From Hemiscyllium ocellatum (taxonomy: Eukaryota), in contig NC_083429.1 in the NCBI RefSeq assembly GCF_020745735.1, positions 49,519,877 through 49,583,876 of the forward strand: 64,000 bases of DNA, in the 5' to 3' direction. The notes under the pieces were generated by a model. It saw only the letters and a program-made list of their open reading frames with translations, did no database searches and was not told the DNA's origin. Shown here in pieces: positions 11,884 through 25,603 of the stretch. Both the position numbers and the translations under genes were made by a program. Position 1 is the stretch's first letter, and each line of letters opens with the position of its first letter.

Positions 11884-13936
11884 AACCCCCCAACTTCAAT
11901 GGAACATTAGGTGACAATCACCTTGCTGAGGGGACAAGAGTCATACCTACATCAGACCAATTAATGACGGCAGATTTTCTCCTTTACAAGAATTAATGAA
12001 TTAGATGGTGTTTGCCTCAGTCCTTTCCATTAAAAAACATCTTCAAAACCCAGGACATCTAATACCTTGAAGGAGAAAGACAGCAAGTGTATGGGAACAC
12101 CATCAACTGCAAATGTCCTGCCAAGTCACATACCATCCTGACTTGGAATGCTCTCACCATTCCTTTATGCAGTCAAAACCCTGGAACTCTGTCCCTAATA
12201 ATTAATTCATAAACTTATTAAAGTTCTAGCCATACAGAAGGGTTTATACACTAGATTTACAGAACAATATTTATCAAGATTTATATAAAGAGCCGAGACT
12301 CTTGATCAGATGCCATCCTCATTCAAAATCAAGTAATATTTAACCATCGTATGTTTCAATCTATGTGAATTTTCTTTTCAACTGAGAAATGTAAAGATAA
12401 GGATGATCTTCACGGCATGAAGTTGAAAGAGTAGGAGAGAATGTATGAGAACAGAACAGTAAATTATTGTGGGGGTAGGTCACATTCAATAAATATTTTA
12501 ATTCTAAATTAATTTTTTTTAGTCATAATCATAGTTGTATTGATAATAAGAGCCTGGCATGTAACATAATACAAATTTTGTATATACTGTACAGTACAAA
12601 ATATATCATGATTTCACCATCACAATAATTCACCTTCAAAGAGTTAAGAAACTATGGAATAAACTTTGCTGCAGTAGATTTCTTGTCCTGTGAGCTAAGT
12701 GAAAATGTGTTTGAGATAACCAGTAACTTGATGATTAGGGAGTAGAGTGATAGCATTTGATAGTGCAATTAGCTGTATTTAGCAAATGATAGCAGTGGGT
12801 TCACAGGTGACAGTAAACCTGTCCCAAGCTGTCAGTATGACTCAGTTATTGCATTCCTGCCTGTATGTTAAAATGTATCAATTCAGATCCTGTTTAATCT
12901 TAACTGACACCATACTGCGATACCAAGGGAGTACTGCACTATTACTGCAAACTTCTAAAGATATCAGGCAGCAGGAATGAAGTTACAATTGTTGAGGTAA
13001 ACTTCTATTCTGAGTGAATCACTGTCTTTTTGGGTTAAAGTGATGTCCAGTACGGTTCAGTCGCATGACTTGCTTCTCAATGTTTATCTACTTACAGATT
13101 GTCAGTAGGAATAATATTTCCTAAGAGCATGAGTTCCTACAATGAATTGTCAGGAATGGGCATTGGTTAGCCGGAAAGCATTTTATAAACATCATGAGTC
13201 TTTCTAGATATAACAAGAAATATGAGCTGAAGTAAGCCATTCGGCCCTTCCAAATTGCTCTAGCATTCAACAAGGTCTTCACTAATCTTTTATTTCAGCT
13301 ACACATTTCATCAATATCTCCTGAGGTACCTAAACATCTATTGACCTCTAACTTAAATTGACTCAAAAACTGAGCTCAGCTCTCTGGGGTAGAGAACTGT
13401 AAAACTTCATAACCATTTGAATGAAGAATTCTCTCCTTATTTTAGTCGTAATTGACTGACCCTTTATTCTGAGTCTGTGAGACCCTGTCCTAAATTCCCA
13501 AAGCAGGGAAAACAGTTTCTCACAATCTATGCTGTCATTTTCCTTAAGTATTTTATGAGATCACCTCCCTTTTTTTAAAACTCCCTGTGAATATAGATTT
13601 CATCTATTCAATTTAGTAGAGAATCCATACATGGGACTGTCTCTCTGATGAGTATGTGGGCGGATGTTGATGGCTGTTGTGGTGAAGTGGTAACATACCT
13701 CTGATCTAGGAGGCCCAGTTTTACATCTCATCTGTTCCTGCGGGTGCATAATAACATTTCTACACATGTGGATTAGAAAATGTTCAATCCAACAGAATAG
13801 TTTCGGAATCAACAACGTTGGCAGGTTGTGGCTAGGACATCTACAATGTTTTCACAGACTTCCATAGAAACATTGGTGGTGCAGTGGTGGAGTTCCTGTC
13901 TCTGAGTTTTGGAATCTAGATTCAAGCCCCATCTGG

Positions 13937-14060
13937 CAGTAAATGAAGACTGCAGATGCAAGAGATCAGAGTCGAGAGTGTGTTGCTGGAAAAGCATTGC
14001 AGATCAGGCAGCATCCGAGGAGCAGGAGAATCGACGTTTCGGGTATGAGCCCTTCATCAG
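13937..14060 (-). mobile_element. Single-arm hammerhead-bearing element
   Basis: Starts on the - strand at CTGATGAAGGGCTCATACCCGAAACGTCGA; TSD-like agcccca(t/c)ctg at 13925-13935 and 14059-14069. Confidence 0.65.
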
Positions 14061-14563
14061 CCCCACCTGCCCAAAGACATGTCATAATTTGTCTGAATCA
14101 TGTTGGTTATAGGGGAAGGGACTAATATTTCAGAGGCCTAGGCTTCACAGCATTGGGTTAAATCCCACTATGGCATTCAATTAACAAATCTGAATAAAGC
14201 TCAGTAAAGGTGACTGCGCTTCTGCTATTGCTTGTCCCATCTGTTTATAAAAGGTTTGGTGTACTTGTGACTCCAGACAGCATAAATCACCCAGTTCCAG
14301 GAATGGGTGACAAATTCTGGCCTTGCCAGAGTAGCACATGTCCCATGAAGAAATAATGGGAAAAAATCCTTTCCTTGGGACAATGAAACTTCACAGAGCC
14401 CTGCAGGTATGGCCTCATCATTGCAGAATTTATCAGTGACCAAATCACATGGAAGATTTATCTTGTATATCTTAAAACCTAAATGTGCAACTTTAAAAGA
14501 ACTTTGCTGTTTAAAAACAAATTTTGTTGAGTTTTATTTTCTTTATGAACCTGAACATTATAG

Positions 14564-15090
14564 TGATTGAACACGGACCAGGTGGATCTCATTGAGTATG
14601 AGATCCCTGATTGTGGCTGTTAACCTGGGCCAGTCAGGAACTCTGGTTAACAATAATAAACAGGAGTTTCAAGGTTTCTGGTCACTCGAGGGACTGGCTT
14701 TGACTTAGCTGGTCAGAGTCCATATAGTGGGCATTAGATTAGATTACTTACAGTGTGGAAACAGGCCCTTTGGCTCAACAAGTCCACACCGACCCGCCAC
14801 CCACCCATACCCCTACATTTACCCCTTACCTAACACTACAGGCAATTTAGTGTGGCCAATTTACCTGACCTGCACACCTGAGGACTGTGGGAGGAAACCG
14901 GAGCACCCGGAGGAAACCCGGACACAGACACAGGGAGAACGTGCAAACTCCACACAGTCAGTCGCCTGAGGCGGGAATTGAACACAGGTCTCAGGCGCTG
15001 TGAGGCAGCAGTGCTAACCACTGTGCCACCTGCATGTGGAAATAAAGGGTGATTTAGTAACATAATACCAGCTTCTGTAGAGTTATTTCA
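14564..15090 (+). mobile_element. Possible solo LTR interrupted by a V-SINE
   Basis: TG...TTATTTCA ends, an A/T-rich TATA-like box and AATAAA ~45 nt before the end; no TSD confirmed. Confidence 0.35.
14734..15030 (-). mobile_element. V-SINE (HE1-like)
   Basis: Same consensus; inserted within an LTR-like segment. Confidence 0.88.
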
Positions 15091-16057
15091 AACATGAAAT
15101 TCACTTATGTTCTTGTAATTGTGATAAAATTGATACAAGCTTCCTGTTCAAAAAAAATTGCCAAATACTTTGTTTTGTTATACCTGTAGCACTCCCCTCT
15201 AAGTAACTGTTCCTCTGGCCTTTATCGCCCTCTTATGGCTCTGTTCTGAATTACAATTCATTCTGGACTCACTTCTGCACAACAGAAAGTGAAAGGCAGA
15301 GGCATTAATCTAAGGCCTTGTCAAATCAAATATAAAATCAAGCAGAACACATAATTAAACACAAATATGGTTCACACAGACCTTGTCAATTTTTTTGTAT
15401 GAAGGGATATGAATATCTTTGGCAGGGACAGCATCTATTGCCCATCCCTTACTGTCCTGTAGAAGGTGATGGGGAGCTGCCTTCTTGAACTGCTGCAGTC
15501 CATGTGGTGTAGGGACACCAACAATGCTAAATTCCAGGATTTTGATCCAGTGACGGTGAAGGAACACAGACATATTTCCAAGTCAGAATGGTGTGTGACT
15601 TGGAGAGGATCTTGCAGGAGGTGGTGTTCTCATTATGTGCTGCCTTTGTCATTCTCAATAGTAGAGGTCACAGGTTGGGGAAGTTTGTCAAAGAGTCTTG
15701 ACAGAAATTCATCTGAAGTATCAGAAGCTCTAGAACAGGAATGCATTTATTTTACAGTCCTGGCCATGTCTGAGGGGGTAATCCTTTTAGTTCTTAAATC
15801 TAATGTTGGGGGTTTCAAGTAGTATTTGAGAAACTTGAATGTACAAATTAGTCTCCTCCTCTCCCAGAATATCAAGGGAGAACTACATTGTTGGAACTCC
15901 TGCCTGTCAGATTAGTCGTCCCCAACATTGCCATCCCCTTCCCACAGCATCGTTCCATTGCAAATACAGTAAGTCAACACCGAGAATAACAAAGGCAACA
16001 GATACATGGGAACACCAAGTTATCCTCTATTAGGGAAAATTTTGGGTATGACATAAA

Positions 16058-16140
16058 TGGATGCTGCCTGATCTGCTGTGCTTTTCCAGCACCACACTCT
16101 TCGACTCTGATCTCCAGCATCTGCAGTCCTCACTTTCTCC
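16058..16140 (+). mobile_element. Truncated arm of the same family
   Basis: ggatgctgcctgatctgctgtgcttttccagc...ctgcagtcctcactttctcc matches the outer part of the family arm. Confidence 0.65.
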
Positions 16141-16713
16141 CAATTGATCCCACATCAGTCTCAAGCTGGAATTAGAATAAAAGTAGTGAGTTTTAGTTAG
16201 CTGAGTAAACAGTAATTTAAGATTTGTTTTTTTCATTTTTTTTAATTCAGGAAAAGTAGTCAGGTTGAGAAGAATTAAAACAGGCAAGTAAGATCAAAAT
16301 GCTGCAGATATTGCCAGGCCAGACACAGGTATGGGGAACTCACAACTGAGAGAGTAGCACAGAAGTTATGGGGAGCAGATCAAGAGCAGAGAATTTAGGC
16401 ACCCCTGGCATTTTTGATATGTGAAAAACAAGATGTTTTCTAAAATTTGGGTGATGTACTGCCTCTGTGACTTACAATGTGTAAGTATCTGATGAATGCT
16501 CCCTGAATTTGAGTACTGCCTCAGAATCCTCTGCCAACATTGACTCATTAAATGGCAGTTAACCTGTACCTTGAGACTCCTGAAATTATTTTATAAAATA
16601 ATCTACTGTAACATTTCCAAGCTACTTAACATCCTGACTTGGAAAGATATCACCATTTCTTCAGTGTCGCTGGGTGTGGATCTCCCTCCCTACCAGCAGT
16701 ATGAGTATTCCTA

Positions 16714-17057
16714 CATAGAATTGCTACAGTGTGAAAAAAGACCATTCGGCCCAACAAGTCTGCATTGACCCTCCGAAGAGTAACCCACTCAGATCCATTC
16801 CCCCACCCTATTACTCTACATCTCCCCTAACTAATGCACCTAAACTACATGTCCCTGAACACTACGGGCAATTTAGCATGGCCAATTCACCTAACCTACT
16901 CATCTTTGGACTGTGGGAGGAAACTGGAGCACCTGGAGGAAACCCACGCAGACACAGAGAGAATGTGCAAACTCCACACAGACAGTTGCCTGAGGCTGGA
17001 ATCGAACCTGGGTCCCTGGCATTGTGTGCTAGCATTGCCAATCACTGAGCCACCATG
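16714..17057 (-). mobile_element. V-SINE (HE1-like)
   Basis: Same consensus, older subfamily. Confidence 0.85.
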
Positions 17058-18630
17058 CTATCTCAAGGACTGAACAGTTGAAGAAGTGATCTCACTTCCC
17101 AAGGATAATTAGGGATGGGCAATGAATGTTGGCCTAGCCAATGATGCCAACATCCAATGAATTAATAAAAAGAATGCTCTTCTGCCTCCTCTCTTCTCAC
17201 TGTCCAATGCTGCCAAACACTCCTTCCAGGTGGAGCAGTATTTTATGTGTACCTTTCAATAGAGTCTGCAGGATTTGCTGCTCACAAGGTGACCCCCTCT
17301 ATGCTGAGGAATCAAAGACTTGATGGCACTTTAATCAGCATGTCACTTCAGTCTGCAACAATGACAAAAGTTTCAGGTGGTCTCTCATTTTAACTCTCTG
17401 CCTTGCTTTCACACTCACATTCTTTATGTGTTGTACAGTGTGCTCAATGTAAGCTTCAGGAATAGACCTCATCCTTCAACCTGGCACTTTAAACACTGCT
17501 GGACTTGACCCTGAGTTCGACATCATCAGACCATAAACTCCTGGGGGCATAGGAACAGGAGGTTGCCATTCAGCCCATTGACCCTGCCTTGCCAATCAAC
17601 ACAACCACAATTGGTCAAACACTTCAATGCCTGTTATCCACACCATCCCCATAGCCCTGTATGCCACTGGCCATCAGAAATCTATCAATCTCTGCCTTAA
17701 ACATACTCAAAGACTCACCCTCTGTGGTAGAAAGTTGCAAAGATTCACCACCCTCTGAATAAAAAGATTCCTCCTCATCTCAAGTGTAAGTGGCATCCCC
17801 CACTATTTTTAAACTAACCCCTGGTTATAAATTTCCCAGCCAGGGAACACCTCTTCCCTCCATCTACCCTGTCTATCTCTTTAAGTATTTTGTAATTTTC
17901 AATGGGATCATCTTTCATTCTTCAAATTTGTAGAGAATCCAGGCACAGATCTCCCAATCTCTCCTAATAGGACAGTCCCATCATCTCGGGAACAGGTCTG
18001 GTGAACAATCTTTGCACTCCTTTTATTAGAACAATATCTTCCCTGAGATAAGGAGATCAAACAGTAATCCTAGTGCTGTCTCACTAAGCTCCTGCACAAC
18101 TGAAGCAAAACTGCAGTACTCCTGTACTAAATCCTCTTGTCCCCACCATTTTTCCTTTCCTTTGATTTTTTTTTATTTTCCTTCATACTGACAGCACACC
18201 TGCCCCAGACACATCTTTTGTTTCTTTGTTTGTTTTTCTTGTCCCTTCTCCATTCCCTTTACTCCTGGTGAACTAACATTTCCGGAATTTCATCTCTCTG
18301 GCTTCAATGCCATCCCAGTTGTCCTTGTCTCAAATCCATTATGTCTCTAACTTTTGCCAGTTCTGAAGAATGCTCACAGATCTAGAATCATAGAATTTAT
18401 AGTATAGAAGGAGGTCATTTGATCTATTGTATCTTTATCAGCTCCCAAAAGGGCTAGACAGCTAATCCCACTCTCCAGCCCCACCTCTGCAGGCCTTTAA
18501 ATCCATCCCTTTCAAACATATATCCAGCTCTCTTTTCAAATCTCCCATTGAATCTGCCTCCACCACTCTCACAGGGAGCATATTCCAAATCCCAACAACT
18601 CTCTGAGTAAAGAAGTTTGTTGTAGCTCTA

Positions 18631-19526
18631 AAATTGGAGGTGTCATGGTCAGCGAAGAAGGTTATCTCAGATTACAACGGGATCTTGATCAGATGGGCCA
18701 ATAGGCTGAGAAGTGGTAGATGGAGTTTAATTTAGATAAATGTGAGGTGCTGCATTTTGGGAAAGCAAATCTTAGGAAGACTTATATACTTACTGGTAAT
18801 GTCCTAGGGAGTGTTGCTGAACAAAGAGGCCTTGGAGTGCAGGTTCATAGCTCCTTGAAAGTGGAGTTGCAGGTAGATATGATAGTGAAGAAGGTATTTG
18901 GTATGCCTTCCTTTATTGGTCAGAGTATTGAGTGCAGGAGTTGGGAGGTCATGTTGCGGTTGTACAGGACATTGGTTAGGCTACTGTTGGAAGATTGCGT
19001 GCAATTCTAGTCTTCTTCCTATCAGAAAGATGTTGTGAAACTTGAAAGGGTTCAGAAAAGATTTACAAGGATGTTGCCGGGTTCGAGGATTTGAACTATA
19101 GGGCGAGGTTGAATAGGCTGGGGCTGTTTTCCCTGGACCATCGGAGGATGAGGGATGACCTTTTAGAGGTTTATAAAATCATGAGGGGCATGGATAGGAT
19201 AAATAGACAAAGTCTTTTCCCTGGGATGGGGAAGTGCAGAACTAGAGGGCATAAATTTAGAGTGAGAGGGGAAAGATATAAAAGAGACCTAAGGGGCAAC
19301 TTTTTCAATCAGAGGGTGGTACGTGTATAGAATGACCTACCAGAGGAAGTGGTGGAGGCTGGTACAATTGCAACATTTAAAAGGCATCTGGATGGGTATA
19401 TGACTAGGAAGGGTTTGAAGGGATATGGGCCAGGTGCTGGCAGGTAGAACTAGATCTGGTCGGCATGGACAAGTTGAACTGAAGGGTCTGTTTCCATGCT
19501 GTACATCTCTATGACTCTATGACTCT
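18631..19526 (+). mobile_element. CR1 LINE 3' fragment
   Basis: MEFNLDKCEVLHFG...LYRTLVR... and LGLFSL... frames; ends in a (ctatgact)n tail. Confidence 0.92.
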
Positions 19527-19968
19527 CTTGCTGATAATCTTGAAATTGTGATCTCTCATTCCTGACATATCAGTAATGGAAACAGAATTTTTCTCTGAGT
19601 GATAATGGAAACCTTCCTTACCTTGTCAAAATTGTTCACAATTTAGAACACCTCAAAAAGGTCGCCTCTTGATATTCCCTGCTCCAAGGAGGAACAAATT
19701 GAATTGAAAGCTCAATTTCCTCATTCACTTGTCAAAGAACTCGATTAAATTAGTCAGACATGATCTGCCCTTAAGGTCATGTTGACTAGCTAGTATTGTT
19801 TTTTTTCTCTAAGTGTATATTTACCTTACCCCATATTATGGTCTGAATCAGATTTCCACTATTGATGTCAAGCTGACGGGTCCCAGATTATCCTTTGCCC
19901 CTTTATTTATCAATAGCATTACACTTGCAATCCATCAGTTCCCTTGAACTAACCCCGTGTACAGATAG

Positions 19969-20192
19969 TAAAAAATGAGGTCTGCAGATGCTGGAGATCA
20001 CAGTTGCAAATGTGTTGCTGGTCAAAGCACAGCAGGCCAGGCAGTATCTCAGGAATAGAGAATTCGACGTTTCGAGCATAAGCCCTTCATCAGGAATAAT
20101 TCCTGATGAAGGGCTTATGCTCGAAACGTCGAATTCTCTATTCCTGAGATGCTGCCTGGCCTGCTGTGCTTTGACCAGCAACACATTTGCAA
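19969..20192. mobile_element. Near-perfect palindromic hammerhead-bearing element (young copy)
   Basis: Arms of ~95 bp with one visible mismatch around a centre at ~20098; TSD ccgtgtacagatag at 19955-19968 and 20193-20206. Confidence 0.8.
20098..20135 (+). ncRNA. Minimal type-I hammerhead ribozyme motif (mirror copy on the - strand at ~20059-20097)
   Basis: AATTC CTGATGA A GGGC TTAT GCTC GAAA CGTC GAATT: stem I AAUUC/GAAUU, core CUGAUGA and GAAA, stem II GGGC/GCUC, palindromic ACGU stem III, GUC cleavage triplet. Confidence 0.75.
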
Positions 20193-20409
20193 CCGTGTAC
20201 AGATAGGCCTGGAAAATTCTATCAGCAACTCCATGGTTTGCTCCTTAACCTTCTCAGCAATCCCAGGTGCATCACATTCAGGCCTGGTGACGTTTCTACC
20301 TGGAGTTCTTCCAGTCTTTTTAACATCCTCTAATTTGGTGAGGATAGAAGCAAACTATTTATTTATATTCTGCCATACTGTTTGTTTCAGTCAGCAGCTT
20401 ACCCCTGCT

Positions 20410-21130
20410 TGTTTCTTGAACCTGCTCCAGTTCAACTTTTAGATCCCTAAAACTTGCCCTTTTCCGGTCTGGGACCTTAATCTTTGACTGATTTTTATGC
20501 TTTTCTAACTTAATATTGAACCTAATAATATTATGATCATCATTTTCCAAATGTTGCCCCACTCTAATGTTCTCCACTTGGCTGGTCTCATTTCCTAGGA
20601 CCTGATGCAGCACAGCTCCTTCCCTGGTAAGACTGGAAATGTACTGCTCCAGAAAGTTCTCCTGCGCACATTGTAAGAATTTTATGCCACACACTCTACA
20701 TTTTTCCCAATTTACTCTCAGGTAATTGTAGTTATCAACTATCACAATGCTATGTATCCTGCGGATTACCATAATCTGCCTACAAGTACTCCCTTCTACT
20801 TCCACCTCACGATTAGGAGATCTATAATAAATACCCAACAAGATACTTGCTCCCGTCCTCTTACTCACCTCCAACTACACAGATTCTCATTCAGGAACTG
20901 TATCTCATTCACGGACTATAATACTATCTTTAACCAAGACTGCTGTACCTCCTCCCTTTTTACTCACCCTGTTTCCACTAATAATCGTATAACCCAGGAT
21001 GTTAAGAATCCAGTCCTATTCTGGCTTCAGTCATGTTTCTGTCAATGCCACTATGTCAAATCCCCATAGTGCAATTTCCCAGTTCCCCAATTTTGCTCAC
21101 TATACTCAGTGCATATACATATGTGCAATT
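20410..21130 (-). mobile_element. Degenerate CR1 ORF2 endonuclease region
   Basis: ORF 20359-20874 with GIYYRSPN, FLEQYISSLTREGAVL and DDHNIIRF (APE-like SDH motif decayed). Confidence 0.75.
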
Positions 21131-22257
21131 TAACCCTGTCTTTATCTCTCTATTGCCTGTTGGAAGGCAGTCATCCTTTTTGTTCACTGCCAACAATCAA
21201 GCCTTCCCTCACTTCTTTTACTTTGTTCCACTTCTTTTTCTCTCACTGGTACTTCCAAAACAATGCCTGTTAGTCAAACCAGCCCCTGCTTTAAGATCTG
21301 AAATGTTAACTCTGTTTCCCCGTCTGCACAGATGTTGCCTGACCAGCTGGGTAATTTTAAGTTCATTTCACATTTCCAGCATTTGTAGTGTTCTGTTTTT
21401 CACTAAATTGAGGCCCTGATGTACCATCAAAGGTGTATTTAGATGACGTTATGGCATTACTGTGAAGAGGAGTGCATGAACTCTTTCCAATGTCCTCGCC
21501 AATATTGATCCCTCAACCAAAATTACTGTAAGACTGATGGGTAATTTAACTCAAAGCTTGTTTTATAGTATGCTGAAATTGGCTGATGCATTTTCTACAT
21601 TACCACAAGATTGCAGTCCAGAATTGTTGTAAAGTGCACTGGGACATCCTAAAGATAATACATCAAAGCAAGTTTACTGTAACTCATGTTTTACTTCACA
21701 TTCAGGGTCATCTTCAGTCTATCTTATCACAATTTAACCAGCTCTTAAACTGCTCCAGAACAATTGTTTCAATGCAAACTTGATGGATTTGTCAATATCC
21801 TGACTGTAATGCTCCTCAAGACTATTGGAATAAATTAATTCACAGGAAAGCTTTGGAAATTAAAATTCCTTGGTGGTATTTGGTCTTACGTAGCAGGATC
21901 ATTAAAGAGCACAAACGTGTACTAGCCATTGTGTATAGTAGGCAAATCACATTGGTAAAAATACACTGTATGCGGGCTATATATCTTTCCTGAGATAAGG
22001 TGCCCAGAAATGAATGCATTTCTCTAGATGGGCCCTGTACAACTGACGGACGACACCCCTTTGTATTCTAGTCACCCTTGGAGAAAAAGGCCAACATTCT
22101 ATTATGAATAAATGAATTGGCTTCATTATTACATGTACACAAATGAGTACAATGAAATGTTTACAAGCCGCCACTCACAGCGTCAAGTACCTAGGTACAG
22201 CTTCTCCAATACAAGCTCTTAGGAAATAAAGGTTAGAAAAATAAAGAACTAAGAAAT

Positions 22258-22534
22258 GGGCAACACAGTGGCTAGTACTGTTGCCTCAAAGGACCGGGGA
22301 CCTGGGTTCAATTCCCACCTTAGGCAACTGTCTGTGTGGAGTTTGCACATTGTCTGTGTGGGTTTCCTCCAGGTGCTCCGGTTTCCTCCCACAATCCAAA
22401 GATGTGCAGGTCAGGTGAATTGGCCATGCTAAATTACCCATAGTGTTAGGTACATTTATCAGAGGTAAATGTAGGGTCAGTGTGGACTTGTTGGGCCAAA
22501 TAGCCTGTTTCCATACTGAAGGGAATCTAATCTA
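22258..22534 (+). mobile_element. V-SINE (HE1-like)
   Basis: gggttcaattccc B-box, V-domain, aatctaatct tail. Confidence 0.85.
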
Positions 22535-23372
22535 AAAGTCTGCAGATTAGCCTTTTTTGATTATTTTCTGTATATGCTAAATAATGATCCAGTTCTCCAG
22601 ATTACCCTGATAAGTACTTGTCTATACAGTCACAGAGTGGGACTCTATCAAAGTGAATGATGTTAATGTTATTCAGAGTCAATGCATCTGCAGGTCAAAA
22701 CAAAGACAACACAACTGTCCATCAAAAGCTTGTGGAAACCATTTAAAAATGTGCACAAAGGAGCATTTGTCGGTTCTACAAAAAGTAGCGATGCTATTTG
22801 GCTGGGAGTGTGCGGTTACCACACGTTTGGTCTTGTTCCTTTTGGCTTGCAACAAAGCTGCCTGAGGGATGGCTTTGTTTGAACAGGAGAGTACATCTGC
22901 ACATGTGCTCGTATCTGGCCACTGGGCAGCCAGAACAATCTCCATTGAGCTTTACAACAAAATATTCAATCAAAAAGAAGGTAGTATGTTCTGAAATGTA
23001 ATAATTATCATTAAGCAACAAACACAACAGCCATTTTGGGTACAATAGGTTTCCACAAAGCATGATCTTTAATGAGTGATTGAAAGTGCTGGTAGACAGG
23101 CTGTGAATCTTGTTAATTAATTCATGTGGGTATCACTGACTGTGCCAGCATTTATTGCCTGCCCCTACTTAGAGTGTAACAAAGTCATAGTGGCGTCCCC
23201 AGGATGGAAACAGACCCTTCGGTCCAACTCGTTCATGCCAACCAGATATCCTAATTTAATCTAGCATTTGCCAGCACCTGGCCCATATCCCTCTTAACCC
23301 TTCCTATTCATATGCTCACCCAGTTGCCTTTTAATGTTGTAATTGTACCAGCCTCCACCACTTCCTCTGGCA

Positions 23373-23584
23373 AGCGAAAGTGAGTACTACAAATGCTGGA
23401 GATTAGAGTCAAGACTGTGGTGCTGGAAAAGCACAGCAGGTCAGGCAGCATCCGAGGAGCAGGAAAATCGATGTTTTGAACAAAAGCCCTTCATCCTGAT
23501 GAAGGGCTTTTGTCCAAAACGTCAATTTTCTTGCTCCTTGGATGCTGCCTGACCTGCTGTGCTTTTCTAGCACCGCACTCCTGA
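23373..23584. mobile_element. Palindromic element inside an old CR1; its right TSD is split by a young CR1
   Basis: Arms around cttcatc/ctgatgaag; TSD accacttcctctggca at 23357-23372, second copy split across 23585-23594 and 25611-25616. Confidence 0.72.
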
Positions 23585-23594
23585 ACCACTTCCT

Positions 23595-25603
23595 ATAGAA
23601 CATAGAAAAATACAGCGCAGTACAGGCCCTTCGGCCCTCAATGTTGCGCCGACCAAATCCTACCTAACCTACACTAGCCCAATAACTTCCAAATGCCTAT
23701 CCAATGCCCGCTTAAATGACCATAAAGAGGGAGAGTTCACCACTGCTACTGGCAGGGCATTCCATGAACTCACAACCCGCTGTGTAAAGAATCTACCCCA
23801 ACATCTGTCCTATACCTTCCACCCCTTAATTTAAAGCTGTGTCCCCTTGTAACAGCTGACTCCATTAGCGGTAAAAGGTTCTCAGTGTCTACCCTATCTA
23901 AACCCCTAATCATCTTGTACACCTCTATCAAATCTCCCCTAAACCTTCTTTTCTCCAATGAGAACAGCCCCAAGTGCCTCAGTCTTTCCTCATACGATTT
24001 TCCTACCATACCAGGCAACATCCTGGTAAACCTCCTCTGCACTCGTTCCAATGCCTCCACATCCTTCCTATAGTATGGCGACCAAAACTGCACACAATAC
24101 TCCAGATGAGGCCGCACCAGAGTCTTATACAACTGCAACATGACCTCAGGACTCCGGAACTCAATTCCTCTGCCAATAAAGCCCAGTACACCATATGCCT
24201 TCCTCACAGCACTATTTACCTGGGTGGCAACTTTCAGAGATCTGTGTACATGGACACCAAGATCCCTCTGCTCATCCACACTACCAAGTAGCCTACCATT
24301 AGCCCAGTAATCCATCTTCTTGTTACTCCTACCAAAGTGAATGACTTCACATTTAGCTACATTGAATTCCATTTGCCACCTTTCTGCCCAGCTTTGCAAC
24401 TTGTCTATACCCCGCTGTAACCTGCCACATTCTTCCTCACTATCCACAACTCCACCGACTTTTGTGTCATCCGCAAACTTACTCACCCAGCTTTCAAGCC
24501 CTTCCTCTAGATCATTTATAAAGATAACAAAAAGCAATGGTCCCAAAACAGATCCTTGAGGTACACCGCTAGTAACTGCACTCCAAGATGAACCTATACC
24601 ATCAACTACTACCCTCTGTCTCCTTCCAGCCAGCCAATTTCTAATCCAAACCTCTAATGCACCCTCAATGCCATACCTCCATAGTTTTTGCATTAGCCTA
24701 CCATGGGGTACCTTATCGAACGCCTTACTAAACTCCATATACACAACATCTACTGCTTTACCCTCGTCCACCTCCTTAGTCACCTGCTCAAAGAACTCAA
24801 TAAGGTTTGTGAGGCACGACCTGCCCTTCACAAAACCATGCTGACTATCCTTGATCACGTTATTCCTATCCAGATGTTCATAAATCTTATCCCTTACAAT
24901 TCTCTCTAAGACTTTGCCCACAACAGAAGTGAGACTCACTGGCCTATAGTTACTAGGGCTATCCCTACTCCCCTTCTTGAACAAGGGGACCACATTCGCC
25001 ATCCTCCAGTCTTCTGGTACTATTCCCATTGACAATGACAACATAAAAATCCAGGCCAATGGCTCTGCTTTTTCCTCCCTAGCTTCCCAGAGGATCCTAG
25101 GATAAATGCCATCAGGCCCAGGAGACTTATCTATTTTCATCCTTTCCAGTATTCCCAAAACCTCTTCCCTACATACTTCAATGCCATCCATTCTAATCAC
25201 TTGTGACTCAATATTCACACCAGCAACAGTGTCCTGTTCCTGAGTGAAAACTGACGAAAAGTATTGATTTAGTGTCTCTCCAATCTCCTCCGCCTCCACG
25301 CACAACTTCCCACTACTATCCTTGACTGGACCGATACCTACCCTAGTCATCCTTTTATTCCTGACATACCTATAGAAAGCCTTTGGATTTTCCCTAATCC
25401 TACCAGCTAAGGACTTTTCATGTCCCCTTCTCGCTGCTCTTAGCTCTCTCTTTAGATCCTTCCTGGCTACCTTATAACTCTCAATCGCCCCAACTGAACC
25501 TTCACGCCTCATCTTTACATAGGCCGCCCTCTTCCCTTTCACAAGGGATTCCAATTCCTTGTTAAACCACGGCTCCCTCACAAGACCCTTAACTCCATGC
25601 CTG
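23595..25603 (-). mobile_element. Young 5'-truncated CR1-clade LINE (ORF2 reverse transcriptase region)
   Basis: ORF with KSPGPDGI, NYRPVSLTS, QHGF, GVPQGSVLGPLLF and FADD motifs; 3' tail of (TTCTATG)-type repeats; 7-bp TSD acttcct at 23588-23594 and 25604-25610. Confidence 0.95.

Noticed and set aside
19903-20206. Identical ORFs on both strands (also 38434/38509, 39494/39683, 46467/46523)
   Set aside because: A by-product of the palindromic elements; no coding evidence.
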